The position numbers and the translations under genes are program-made. A stretch of DNA of 64,000 bases from Pelagomonas calceolata (taxonomy: Eukaryota): positions 1,426,001 to 1,490,000 of the forward strand of contig CAKKNE010000004.1 of assembly GCA_918797485.1 (NCBI GenBank). The letters are read 5' to 3'. The notes below the pieces were generated by a model. It was not told the DNA's origin. It saw only the letters and a program-made list of their open reading frames with translations, and searched no databases. Shown here piece after piece: positions 20,033 to 30,711 of this stretch (position 1 is its first letter; the number at the start of each line of letters is the position of its first letter).

Positions 20033-23000
20033 TCACGCGCGGCTCAGCCGCATGGAGGCGATCGACGCGAGGGTCCCGTACTCGCCCGCGTAGGAGGCCT
20101 CCATGGCCTCGAGCTGCCTGAGCTTCGCCGCGAGGCGAATCGAAGGGTCCTCGTCCGCCGCGGGCGGCGTGACCGTCGGCGCGGCGGTGGTGGTCTTCGG
20201 CGCGGGCGCGGCGGCCGGCGGCGTCACGACCGACGCGACGGAAGTCGTCGACGCCCGCACCTTGCCGAGCGGCGGCGACGCCGGGTCGGCGGACTCGAAG
20301 AGGTCCGACACGAGCGACGCCGTCGGCGGCGCGCGCGCGAGGAGGTCGCGCACCTCGGGCGACAGCTCCGCGACCGGCGACCGCGCGGCCGCCGGCGGTT
20401 CCAGTGGAGCTTCCTCGACGTCGAGCTCCAGCTCGGGCTCCACCGACTCCCGTACGGATGCAGCGGGCTCCACCGACGCCCGCGCCGACGAGGGCCCTTC
20501 GTACGCGGCGGCATCAAACGAGGCGGCGGCCGACGGCGGCCGGTCGTACGCGGTCGCACTGAACGGCGCCGGCGCCTCGGGCTCGACGGACGCCGACGCC
20601 GGCAGCTCGTAGTCGGCTTCGAACGAGGCCGCCGCCCCGGACGCCCGCATGGACGCCGGCAGCTCGTACTCCGGGGCCTCGAAAGACGCCGCGGCCGACG
20701 CCCGCACGGAGGGCGGCAGCTCGTAGTCGTCGAACGAGGCGGCGGCGTCCGGCTCGGCCGGCGGCGCGAAGTCGCGGGTGTCGAAGGACGTCTCCATCGA
20801 CGCGTGGACCGACGGCGGCGCCGCGGCGCCCTCCGCCGGCGCCGCGTCCACGAGCGGCGGCAGGTCGTCGAGGGAGGTCTGGACCGGCGGCGGCGCCGGC
20901 GCCGCGACGGGCGACAGCCGCTCGTTCGCGGCGCGCAGCTCGGCGTTCTCCGCGCGGAGGCGCGCGATCTCCGCGAGCACCGCGGCGTTCACGTCGCCGG
21001 GCGTCGCCGCGCGCTCGATCGAGGCCGACGGCGAGGCCGACGGCAGCGGCGCGAGCTCGGGCGGCGTGGGCTCCGCCACGACCGGCGTCGCCGCGGAGGG
21101 CGTCGCGGCCGGCGCCACCTCGGGCGTCGCCGCGCGTGCCGCCGGCGAGGCGACGGCCGGCGCCGCCGCCGCGGGCGCCGGCGCGGCCGCGTCGGCGAAG
21201 GGGAAGCCGACGCAGCTCTCGTCGACGGTCGGCGGCGCGCCCGTGCGCGGCCGGCCCGCCGAGGCGCCCGAGCCGGGCCGGATGGACTTGGGGCTCGTGG
21301 CGGAGCTCGGTCGCGACGACAGCGGCGCCCCAGCGCTCACTGCGGATCCGGGGCGTGACGACGGCGGCGCCGCGCCGAACGCGGCGCTCGCGGCGGAGCC
21401 GGGCCGCGTCGACGGCGGCGCGGCGCCGAGGGACTCGGCGCTGCGGCAGACGAGGGACGCCGCGCTCGCGGGCGTCCGCAGCGACGCGACGCTCTCGTTC
21501 GTGCGCTCGCGGAGCGCCGAGCGCCGCAGCGCCGGCGCCTCGGGCAGCGGCGGCGTCGCCGACTGGAGCGCGACGAAGGGCGCCGACGCCTCGGACGGCT
21601 CCAGTTCATGATCATTGTCGAGCGAGTCGCAGAGGGAGAGCGTCTCTTCCAGCGGGTCCGGCGAGGCGGCGGCGTCCTCGCGGATCGACTTGAGCGAGGC
21701 GCGCGCGACGGCCGACCGCCGCACGTCGCGCGGCGTCGGCGCCGGCGCCGGCGCCGGCGCCTCGGCGGCGCCCTTCTCGTTGAGGAAGTAGGACGTCGTC
21801 CGCACGTTGACCGTCGGCGCGCCGCGGTGCGCCACGGACGCGAGCAATACGGAAGCGGACGCGTCGTAGTCGGACGCCACGGAGGACCGCGGCGACGCGT
21901 GCGCCGGCGTCAATCGAATCGTCTCGACGGCCGGGGGCGCGTCGCCGCGCGGCAGCGCGAAGGCCGCCGCGTCGAAGGAGGCCGCGGCCGACGCGGCGGC
22001 GTCGAGCGACGCCTCGACCGACGCCCGCGCCGAGGGAGGTAGCTCGTAGTCGGCGGCATCGAGGTCCACCGAAGCCTGCGCCGACGGCGGCAGCTCGTAG
22101 TCGTCATTGAGCGACGCCTCCACCGGCAGCTCGGCGGCGTCAAACGAGGCCGCGGCAGTGGGCTCGCACGCCGCCGCCGCGGGCGCCTCGGCCGGCTCGG
22201 CGTCGTCGAACGACGCCGCGGGGGGCGCCCGCGCGGCGGCATATGCTTCCTCAGCGTACGCGGCGGCGTCGAAGGACGCCTTCGCCGCCGAGGCCGGCCG
22301 CGGCGGCAGCGCGAACTTGGTGGCGTCGAAGGAGGCCTCCACCGACGCCCGCGCCGACGGCGGCGGCTCGTCCTCGGCCGGCGGCAGCTTGAAGTCCGCA
22401 CTCTTCAACACGGAAGACGCGTAGACCGACGCGTCGTAGGAAGGGGGCGCCTCGTCCATGTGCGGCGCCGCGGGCGTCGGCGGCCGCTTCGGTGCCTTGA
22501 GGGACCTCCGGGTCGCGTGGCCCGGCTCGACGAAGCCGACGTCGCGGCTGCACCGCGTCGACTGCGTGGGCGGGGCTCTCCCTGATCGCCGCACCCCCTC
22601 GTTGAAGAACTCGATGGGCGTTCTAGGGGGCATCGGTGTCGGCGCCGTTGGAGGCGGCGGTAATGGCGGTGACGGTAGGGGCGTCCTCGGCTTCGGAAGG
22701 GCCGGCGCGCGGCTCCCGAACGCGAGGTTCGGCTTCTTCCGGAGGCCCGTGCCCACGACGTCTAGGGGCGAGGGCGCCTTTGAGGGCGTCGGTTGCTGGA
22801 CCTCGCCGGGGATGTGTACCGTTTCCATTGGAACTGATTTCGGCAGTGTTATACACTTCGGCCGCACCTCACCATCTCGTAGAGCGACGATACACCTTAG
22901 TTTACATTGTGGCGCGATACTCAATCCATCTAACGCGCGAAAGCAATCTCCCCATGCTTGTTGAGCTAATGCTACACAGTCCAAAGTTAGGGTAGTCCAA

Positions 23001-23398
23001 GTGCCTCTCGGCAATAAATCAGCAGCCAAGGGCAGCTGGGCGTGTAACGTCGAGGACGTGATCGACCCGAAGCTTGATGATAATAACAACCGTCGTCTTC
23101 GACCGCTCTGGTCGACAATCGAAAGCTCGACGGCGAACTGACTACGACCAGGCGGTAGTTTCACTTGTAACGCGACGTAGCGCATGTGCAGCCCCAACCC
23201 ACCTTTGATGGACGTATGCGACGACGCGTCGCCCAGCGCCAAGCGCGTCGAGGCGCCGCCGTCCACGCACCACACGTAGCCACGCGTCGCAGCGTCGTAC
23301 GTCCTCCGGACCGCACCCTTGAGCTTCGCGCCGTAGGTGCGCGCCGGGTCCTTGCCCGCGGCCCGCAGTAATTCGACGGAAGCGCCGCCCTGGTACAT
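20033..23398 (-). CDS. CFAP20-domain-containing protein (CFAP20DC/C3orf67-like) with long repetitive tail
   Basis: MYQGGASVELL...GKDP, LGLHMRYVALQV, FAVELSIVD..GRRRRLLLSSSF, HAQLPL, WTTLTLD, CKLRCI match the CFA20 domain pattern; ATG at 23398. Confidence 0.8.
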   Translation of the reverse strand: MYQGGASVELLRAAGKDPARTYGAKLKGAVRRTYDAATRGYVWCVDGGASTRLALGDASSHTSIKGGLGLHMRYVALQVKLPPGRSQFAVELSIVDQSGRRRRLLLSSSFGSITSSTLHAQLPLAADLLPRGTWTTLTLDCVALAQQAWGDCFRALDGLSIAPQCKLRCIVALRDGEVRPKCITLPKSVPMETVHIPGEVQQPTPSKAPSPLDVVGTGLRKKPNLAFGSRAPALPKPRTPLPSPPLPPPPTAPTPMPPRTPIEFFNEGVRRSGRAPPTQSTRCSRDVGFVEPGHATRRSLKAPKRPPTPAAPHMDEAPPSYDASVYASSVLKSADFKLPPAEDEPPPSARASVEASFDATKFALPPRPASAAKASFDAAAYAEEAYAAARAPPAASFDDAEPAEAPAAAACEPTAAASFDAAELPVEASLNDDYELPPSAQASVDLDAADYELPPSARASVEASLDAAASAAASFDAAAFALPRGDAPPAVETIRLTPAHASPRSSVASDYDASASVLLASVAHRGAPTVNVRTTSYFLNEKGAAEAPAPAPAPTPRDVRRSAVARASLKSIREDAAASPDPLEETLSLCDSLDNDHELEPSEASAPFVALQSATPPLPEAPALRRSALRERTNESVASLRTPASAASLVCRSAESLGAAPPSTRPGSAASAAFGAAPPSSRPGSAVSAGAPLSSRPSSATSPKSIRPGSGASAGRPRTGAPPTVDESCVGFPFADAAAPAPAAAAPAVASPAARAATPEVAPAATPSAATPVVAEPTPPELAPLPSASPSASIERAATPGDVNAAVLAEIARLRAENAELRAANERLSPVAAPAPPPVQTSLDDLPPLVDAAPAEGAAAPPSVHASMETSFDTRDFAPPAEPDAAASFDDYELPPSVRASAAASFEAPEYELPASMRASGAAASFEADYELPASASVEPEAPAPFSATAYDRPPSAAASFDAAAYEGPSSARASVEPAASVRESVEPELELDVEEAPLEPPAAARSPVAELSPEVRDLLARAPPTASLVSDLFESADPASPPLGKVRASTTSVASVVTPPAAAPAPKTTTAAPTVTPPAADEDPSIRLAAKLRQLEAMEASYAGEYGTLASIASMRLSRA

Positions 23399-23834
23399 TT
23401 TTGCGGGGATGGGCAGCCTGCCAACTGCGAGACGGTGCACAGCTCAAACTACGCTTCGGATCCTAGTGGGCTTGCGGTCGCGCGAGGTTTGAGTTCTGTG
23501 CGCCGGCGAGCCGTATGTCAAGCTATCCCTAGGTCATCAGCTGAGACTGGCTAGAGAGTTGGGCTAGAGAGCTCGCAAAGCTTGTGGCATCCTGCATTAC
23601 GTGGAAGCCATACGCGACCGCTGCTGCACCTATCAAGGCTACCGTTGCCGCGTAGCACTAAGAAGCAACACTTGCATCTGCTCCGCACGTCGCCCCGCTT
23701 GCGCCGCCGCGTGAAACGGCTCAACTCGCCGACGCCAGGCCAGCCAGCCCGCAGCGACGCCACGCGCGACGCTGCCAGGCACAGCTCGCCGACAGACCTC
23801 GGGCACGCAAAGCGCGCCCGTAACCATCGCAGCG

Positions 23835-26800
23835 ATGGCCGCCACAACCCCCTGGGCGTCGGCCACGGACAAGGTCCTCAAGGCGCACAAAGTGTCCCAA
23901 GACGAAGGCCTGAGCGACGACCAGGTCACTGCGCTCCGTGAGAAGTTCGGTCCCAATGAATTAGATAAGGAGGAGGGCACGCCCTTGTGGCAGCTCGTCT
24001 TGGACCAGTTCGACGACCTCCTCGTGAAGATCTTATTGGGCGCCGCCTGCCTCTCCTTCGCGCTGGCCTTCGCGGAGGAGGGCGACGACTTCGCGCAGGC
24101 CATGGTCGAACCTTTTGTCATCCTCCTGATCCTAATTATAAATGCGATCGTCGGCGTGTGGCAGGAGCACAACGCCGAGAACGCCTTAGAAGCGTTGAAG
24201 AACCTGCAGAACTGCGCGGCGCAAGTTATCCGGAACGGTGTGTTGAATCCCGACTTGCCCGCTTCGGAGCTCGTCCCGGGTGACATTGTCCGTGTTAGGG
24301 TGGGAGACAAGGTGCCCGCGGACATTCGGGTAGTCAAGTTGGACACGACGTCGGTCCGAACGGACGAAGGGGCACTCACCGGAGAGTCCGAGACCGTACT
24401 CAAGACCACGGAACCAGTGGCGAAATCCGCGAGGATCCAGGACAAGAAGAACATGCTCTTCTCCGGGACGACGGTCTCCAACGGGACCTGCGTGGGCGTC
24501 GTCGTCGCGACGGGCATGAAGACCGAGATCGGCGTCATCCAGAGCCAGGTGCAACAAGCGGCCGAAGAAGAAGAGAAGACGCCCTTAGGGCAGAAGATCG
24601 ACGCCTTCGGGGAGCTATTGGCCAAGGTCATCGCGTACATCTGCCTGGCCGTGTGGGTCATGAACTACAAGCAATTCAGCGATCCCGTCCACGGCGGGTT
24701 TGTCAAGGGCATGATCTACTACCTGAAGATCGCCGTGGCGCTGGGCGTCGCCGCTATTCCTGAGGGGTTGCCGGCGGTCATTACCCTATGTCTGGCTTTA
24801 GGAACGAGGAAGATGGTCAAACGTAATGCGATTGTTCGCAAGTTGCCCTCCGTCGAGACGCTGGGCTGCACGACGGTCATTTGCTCGGACAAGACGGGCA
24901 CGCTCACCACCAATCAAATGACCGTCGTCGCGTGCGCCGTGCCTTCGTCGACGTCGTCTCTGGACGAGTTTACCGTCACCGGTACTTCTTATGCCCCTGA
25001 TGGGGATGTGGAGGCCGACGACGCGGACTTGACGAAGCTCCAGGAGGTCTGTGCCCTCTGTAACCAGGCGTCTATACATTATGATAGTGAGGAGAAGCAG
25101 TACAAGCGCGTGGGGGAACCGACGAAGGCGGCCCTGCGCGTGTTCGTCGAGAAGGCGGCCGACGAGCAGCCGGACGATCCCGTCGAGAGAGCTTCTAAGG
25201 AGAACGATGCGATTGAGGCCAAGTACCCGCGTCAGGCCGTCTTAGAATTTGATAGAGATAGGAAGTCGATGTCCGTGCTTTGTGGGAAGGCGAAGAACAA
25301 GCTGTACGTCAAGGGCGCGCCCGAGAAGGTCTTGGAACGGTGCACGCACATTAGAGTTGCCGGGAGCAAGCAGAAGCTCACCGCGGCGAACAAGACTGCT
25401 ATCTTAGATACGGTGGCCGAGATGGCTTCGAGGCCTTTACGCGTCCTCGCCATGGCCGTGCGCGAAGATTTCACCGGAGACAAGGACCTCGAAACGTACA
25501 AGGGCGGCGCGTCGAAGAAGCTGCAAGATCCGTCGAATTTCGAAAGCATCGAAAGGAACCTGATCTTCGAGGGCGTCTGTGGTATTAAAGACCCGGCGCG
25601 GCCCGAGGTCAAGCCGGCCATCGAAGCGTGTGCTACGGCGGGCATTCGCGTGATTATGATTACCGGGGATACCCGGCCGACCGCCGAGGCCATCGCGCGA
25701 GAAATCGGCATCTTCACCGAAGAGGAAGATATCCAAGGCAGAAGCTTCACGGGCCACGACTTCTTCAGGAAGTCCGAGAAGCAGCGCATCAAGTTATTGA
25801 CGAGCCATAAGGGATCGATGGTCTTTTCCCGGACCGAGCCGAAGGACAAGCAGGCCCTCGTAAAAATGTTGAGAGCGGCGGGCGAGGTCCCGGCCATGAC
25901 GGGAGACGGCGTGAACGACGCTCCAGCATTAAAACAGGCGTCCATCGGCATCGCGATGGGCATCGCCGGGACCGAGGTGGCCAAGGAGGCCTCGGACATG
26001 ATTTTGGCCGACGACAACTTCGCGACCATCGTCGCCGCCGTCGAGGAGGGTCGCTCGATCTACTCGAACATGAAGGCCTTCATTCGCTACTTGATTTCTT
26101 CGAACATCGGAGAAGTCGCGAGTATCTTCTTAACGGCTCTGTTGGGGTTGCCGGAGGGCTTGGTGCCCGTCCAGTTGCTCTGGGTCAACCTCGTGACGGA
26201 CGGCCCGCCCGCCACTGCTCTTGGATTTAACCCGCCGGACGCTGACATCATGAGAAGGCCGCCGCGCCACGCCGACGACGAGTTGATCACGCCCTGGGTC
26301 ATGGTGCGCTACATGGTCATTGGTTTATATGTGGGCTTCGCGACGGTTGGTATCTTCGTGTATTGGTACGTCTTCTACGACTGGTCTGGGTATAATCAAC
26401 CTTTAGTGTCCTACACGCACGTCAGCAACTGGGGCAAGTGCTCGACCTTCACGGACTACAACCCGGACTTCTCTTCATGGAGTTCGCCGGGCGCGTCCGA
26501 TCTCAGTGGAGATCCGTGCGCTTACTTCACGGCCAAGGGCAAGGCCACGGCCTCGACCCTCTCGCTCTCGGTGCTCGTAGTGATCGAGATGCTCAACGCC
26601 CTCAACGCCTTATCTGAGGACGGTTCACTATTACAGATGCCGCCCTGGGCGAACCCGTGGTTGTTGGTGGCCATGTTCGTCAGCATCGGGCTCCACTTCC
26701 TGATCCTCTACGTGCCGTGGATGGCGGCCATCTTCCAGATCGTGCCGCTGACGTACAACGACTGGGTTTTAGTGATGGCGTTTAGCATGCCGGTCATCTT

Positions 26801-26876
26801 CATCGACGAGGTGCTCAAGTTCTGCGGGCGCGTCTACCAGGCGAAGGAGCTCGCGAAGCGGCTGAAGGAGGACTGA
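23835..26876 (+). CDS. SERCA-type P2A Ca2+-transporting ATPase, intronless
   Basis: [64 protein letters not shown]. Confidence 0.97.
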   Translation: MAATTPWASATDKVLKAHKVSQDEGLSDDQVTALREKFGPNELDKEEGTPLWQLVLDQFDDLLVKILLGAACLSFALAFAEEGDDFAQAMVEPFVILLILIINAIVGVWQEHNAENALEALKNLQNCAAQVIRNGVLNPDLPASELVPGDIVRVRVGDKVPADIRVVKLDTTSVRTDEGALTGESETVLKTTEPVAKSARIQDKKNMLFSGTTVSNGTCVGVVVATGMKTEIGVIQSQVQQAAEEEEKTPLGQKIDAFGELLAKVIAYICLAVWVMNYKQFSDPVHGGFVKGMIYYLKIAVALGVAAIPEGLPAVITLCLALGTRKMVKRNAIVRKLPSVETLGCTTVICSDKTGTLTTNQMTVVACAVPSSTSSLDEFTVTGTSYAPDGDVEADDADLTKLQEVCALCNQASIHYDSEEKQYKRVGEPTKAALRVFVEKAADEQPDDPVERASKENDAIEAKYPRQAVLEFDRDRKSMSVLCGKAKNKLYVKGAPEKVLERCTHIRVAGSKQKLTAANKTAILDTVAEMASRPLRVLAMAVREDFTGDKDLETYKGGASKKLQDPSNFESIERNLIFEGVCGIKDPARPEVKPAIEACATAGIRVIMITGDTRPTAEAIAREIGIFTEEEDIQGRSFTGHDFFRKSEKQRIKLLTSHKGSMVFSRTEPKDKQALVKMLRAAGEVPAMTGDGVNDAPALKQASIGIAMGIAGTEVAKEASDMILADDNFATIVAAVEEGRSIYSNMKAFIRYLISSNIGEVASIFLTALLGLPEGLVPVQLLWVNLVTDGPPATALGFNPPDADIMRRPPRHADDELITPWVMVRYMVIGLYVGFATVGIFVYWYVFYDWSGYNQPLVSYTHVSNWGKCSTFTDYNPDFSSWSSPGASDLSGDPCAYFTAKGKATASTLSLSVLVVIEMLNALNALSEDGSLLQMPPWANPWLLVAMFVSIGLHFLILYVPWMAAIFQIVPLTYNDWVLVMAFSMPVIFIDEVLKFCGRVYQAKELAKRLKED

Positions 26877-27508
26877 TCGATTTTTGGTGTCCTTGCGCGG
26901 CGCTGGGGGCGTAAGGGGAAGTATCTACTATACTGGTGTTGTGGGGCTGTTGTTACTAGGACGAGTGGGCGGAGCTCCTCGGGGGAGACACCGCGCGTCG
27001 GGATTCAACGTCGCGCGGTGAGCGCCGCCGCTGGGCGCCGACCCTGCAGCACCTCGAGGGCGTGCTCTAGGAGCCCGGAGACGTGTCTGGCGGCTCCTCG
27101 CATTGGGCTTCCCGTGGGGCCGGAGCTTGGCGGCAGAGGGCTGTTGCTTTTTGCTCATTGGCTCTACCAACGCGCGGAGGTGCAGCGCTGCGTCGATTGG
27201 CCTTTCAGCAGCGTGCCGCGCTGCTCGCGTGCGCCACAGCAGCTTTCCGCGCCGCGCGCCGACGCGTGCGCGCCGAGAAAAGCAGCCGCGGCGCTGCAGC
27301 GAAGCCTGGCTGCTGGCGAGCGCGGGCCGCGCCGCGCCGCCTTCTTCGCTGCGCTACCGCGCCGCTGCGAAGACCGCCGCCGCCCCGCGCAGGCGCCACC
27401 AGTAAGAACAGCCCAGCGAAAAAAGTAAGCAACAGCGCGGAAACCGCACGGCGCAGCTAGGACGCAGCTAGGACGCAAACAGAACGCCCCGCATCGCAGG
27501 TCAGCACC

Positions 27509-27895
27509 ATGCCCGCCGCCGCCAAGAGCAAGCCCAAGTCCGTGCGTAAGCGCTCCAAGCACCGCATGAGCGTCGACTACCCGCGAGACGTCGAGAACGT
27601 CGCGCCGGCGGCCACGTCCAAGGCCAAGGCGGCGCCGCGCTCGCCGATCCTCGAGCGCGTCGCGTCGGCGGTCGAGAAGGTCTTCTCTCCCCAAAAAAAA
27701 GTGCCCGCGACGACGCCGACGCCCGCGCCGACGCCCGTGCCCGAGGCGACGACGACGCCCGCGCCGGCGAAGGTTCGGGTTGTCACGTCGGCGGACGCCG
27801 CCGCGCCGATGGCGCCGGCCGGGCCGTCGCCCGCAAAGGTCGCCGACGCCGTCCCGGCGCGCGGCCGCGAGCGCTGCGCCTGCTTCTTCTGGTAG
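27509..27895 (+). CDS. Small basic Pro/Thr-rich hypothetical protein ending CACFFW
   Basis: ATG in CACCATG context, GC3-rich codons, SP/TP motifs. Confidence 0.5.
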   Translation: MPAAAKSKPKSVRKRSKHRMSVDYPRDVENVAPAATSKAKAAPRSPILERVASAVEKVFSPQKKVPATTPTPAPTPVPEATTTPAPAKVRVVTSADAAAPMAPAGPSPAKVADAVPARGRERCACFFW

Positions 27896-28284
27896 GCGTC
27901 GCCGCGTCGGAGCCGCCCGGACGAAACAACGCGCGCCTATGTTACATGACTCTCCTCTAAGATGACTCCTACTCGTCCCTCTCTCTCCATGCGCATCTGC
28001 GCGCCTCTACCAACTAGCGACGCGATACGGAGACCGAGTCCAGCATCGCTAGTGTCTTACAGGACGCTAGCAAGCGGCGGCGCGACCCAGCTTTTTGTCC
28101 TCGACACTACCAAGCGGTTTTCGATGCCAAGCGGCTTAAAGCTTCGCTAAATATACGGTATCTCAGCCGCAAGCCAGCCGGTTGACGAATCACAGCAGCG
28201 TAGCACTGTATACAGCCAGCCTACCTCCCAGCCAAACCAGCAAACCCCGTCGCGCGCTGCTGGCAACCAAACACTGCCGCAGCC

Positions 28285-29385
28285 ATGGACGCCGCGCCGG
28301 CACCGACGACAAAAACGACCCACGTGGCCACGGCCGCAGAGGCGAACTGCCTCCGCAGCAATAATGATGTGTGCACGCTCGCCACTGCCAAGAATGAAAT
28401 TGTAGAAGTGGGAGGCTCTCCCCTAACATTGCCGAAGGTCGCGCTCGAAGCGCACGAGATGGTCGTGGCGCACGCGTGGGATTCACAGGGCGGGCTCGCG
28501 GTCGCTTCGAGAAGGCGCGTCCTGTACTGTACGAAATCATACAAGCCCGTCGGCGAGGTCAAGGACCTCGCCTTCGACGCGAGGGATCGGTTGAGACTAG
28601 GCACCTTCGCGGGCGTCGAGAACGTCGAGGACGAGACGATCGGGTGGCCCGGGCGGTGCTGCGTCTGCATCGCAACATTGGATGAGGACGTCTTTGCGGC
28701 GGCGCTGGACGGCGAGCTCGCTTTACTGAAATCGGCAAGAGATCTAGCATGGACGGCGCCGCTCCCGGCGGACCGCGCGCAATGTCTTGCGGCCTCAAAC
28801 GACGTCGTCGTGGTATCCACGCGCCTCGGGAGCCTCGTGGCTTTTAACCACAAGGGCAGTGAGCGGTGGTCCCAGAAACTCCATGGAGACGACGACGGCG
28901 GCGGCACTTACGTTATCATCCACAACAACATTTGCTATGCGGCGGGCGGCGGCGCCTGGGCCGCTTTTTCACTAGAAACGGGCGCGCCCCTCATTCAAGG
29001 AATTTTGAGACCGCGGCGCTGCCGCGGCCTCGGCGCCGCCTCCTCAAATGTCATCGCCGCGGTCGAGGCCGGCGATTCCGACGACGCGCCGGGGCGCCGC
29101 GGCGAGATGGAGCGGACGTGCGCGCTGGCGACGCTCGCGCTGCCGCGGCGGCCCGCCGCCGACGCCTCCAAGCTGGCCAAGCTCGAGGCGCGCTTCGCGG
29201 TCGCGGCCGACCCGTTCCGCGCGGCCGTGCGGCCCGCCGACGGCGCCGCGCGCCTCGCGAAGCTCGCGGCGCGCCTCGGGCCGCCGCCGGGCTTCGGTGG
29301 GGCGCCGCCGAGCCCGCCGCCCGGGCTCGGCGACGCGCCGACGCCGCCCGCGTCGGCGCGGCGCGCGGCGTCGTCGCCGTCGTAG
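28285..29385 (+). CDS. Hypothetical beta-propeller (WD40/PQQ-like) protein
   Basis: GCAGCCATG start; VVVSTRLGSLVAFNHKGSERWSQKL and WAAFSLETG resemble PQQ-type blades. Confidence 0.55.
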   Translation: MDAAPAPTTKTTHVATAAEANCLRSNNDVCTLATAKNEIVEVGGSPLTLPKVALEAHEMVVAHAWDSQGGLAVASRRRVLYCTKSYKPVGEVKDLAFDARDRLRLGTFAGVENVEDETIGWPGRCCVCIATLDEDVFAAALDGELALLKSARDLAWTAPLPADRAQCLAASNDVVVVSTRLGSLVAFNHKGSERWSQKLHGDDDGGGTYVIIHNNICYAAGGGAWAAFSLETGAPLIQGILRPRRCRGLGAASSNVIAAVEAGDSDDAPGRRGEMERTCALATLALPRRPAADASKLAKLEARFAVAADPFRAAVRPADGAARLAKLAARLGPPPGFGGAPPSPPPGLGDAPTPPASARRAASSPS

Positions 29386-29634
29386 GTTTTGTGTGTAACT
29401 GTTCTGACCATCTCCTGGAGCGTCGTACCACGCATGGAGGCGAGGCTCCACCAGACCTCGTTGGGACCAGGAGAGCCACCGGCGCTACAAGCAGCGCTCT
29501 GCGTGCTGCGGCGGCGGAGAAGCTGCCCCCGAGCGCCGGAAGCCAGCGGGCGTTGGCGCCAAATCACGCCAGCCGATCGGCGAAGGGCTGCCTTGGTGCG
29601 CCGCCCGTGAATCGTACTCCTTGCAGGGTGCTGT

Positions 29635-30666
29635 ATGCCTGGCACCGCGACCCTCCCGCGAGTCGGCGTCAAGGTCCGCGCCCGCCGGCGCGAAGGCGGC
29701 CGCTGGCACAAGGCCCGCGTCGTGGCCGTTGGAGACGACGCGTGCGACCTCGACTTTGCCAATTACGGCCGGGTAGAAGGCGTGCCCGCGGAGCGCATCC
29801 AAGGCACGGAAGCGCCCACGCGACGCCGGCCGGCGCCCGCCTCGCCCCTCCGGAAGCCTCGGATCCGAGTCATTACGAGGGGCCACAAACCCGCCGAGCC
29901 GTACCGCGGCGACCGGAAGGTCGACAAAAAGCTCAAGGACTCGATCGGCTGGTGCGCGACGCGCGGCGACGTCGACCTCCTCGAGGAGGCGCTGAAACGG
30001 CGCGGCCTCGGCGCGCGCGACGCGCACGGCTGGTCGTGGTTGCATCACGCCGCCGCGGGCGGTGCCACGGACCACCTCAAGGCGATCCTGCGCGTCGTGC
30101 GCGACCGTGACGACGACGACGACGACGACGAAGCCCCGCTCGACGCCTGCGAAGACCTCAACGGCATGACGCCGTTACATTTGGCATGCGTCGCGAAGCA
30201 CGTCGACTGCGTCCGGTTGTTGCTCAAGGCCGGGGCTTCGGCCGGTAGCAAAGATTCCATGGGCTTCACGTCACTAGAGCTTGCAGGCAAGGCGGGCCAC
30301 CGCGCGCGGCGCATCCGCGCGCTCCTCGACTCCACGGGCGAGACGTCGGACTACTCCTCGAGCGACTCCGAATCTGACAACGACGAGCGCCAGAGCTACG
30401 ATCCGCTGGCGACACTCCTCCCGGACCGCGAATATGACAAATACCCGTGCCCGGCGCCGCGCCACGTTCCGGGGGCGTGCCGCTGCTGCGACGCGCTCGA
30501 CGCCTGCGAGGCGCGGTGGAACCAGTCGACGCAGGTCTGGATCCCGCCCGTGCGGCCCACGGTCGGGCGGCTACCGCCCGACGGCCGCACGTGGAAGAGG
30601 AGCGACGTCCGCCGGTACTACGGCGGCACGCGGCGGAACATGCTGGGCACGACGCGGCGTGGGTAA
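29635..30666 (+). CDS. Tudor-like domain plus ankyrin-repeat protein
   Basis: VRARRREGGRWHKARVVAV...LDFANYGRVEGVPAERI (Tudor); GWSWLHHAAAGG, GMTPLHLAC, GFTSLELA (ANK). Confidence 0.8.
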   Translation: MPGTATLPRVGVKVRARRREGGRWHKARVVAVGDDACDLDFANYGRVEGVPAERIQGTEAPTRRRPAPASPLRKPRIRVITRGHKPAEPYRGDRKVDKKLKDSIGWCATRGDVDLLEEALKRRGLGARDAHGWSWLHHAAAGGATDHLKAILRVVRDRDDDDDDDEAPLDACEDLNGMTPLHLACVAKHVDCVRLLLKAGASAGSKDSMGFTSLELAGKAGHRARRIRALLDSTGETSDYSSSDSESDNDERQSYDPLATLLPDREYDKYPCPAPRHVPGACRCCDALDACEARWNQSTQVWIPPVRPTVGRLPPDGRTWKRSDVRRYYGGTRRNMLGTTRRG

Positions 30667-30711
30667 AATAGCACTTAAGCGAGTGCCGCGCGGGGGGGAG
30701 GAACGACCTGC

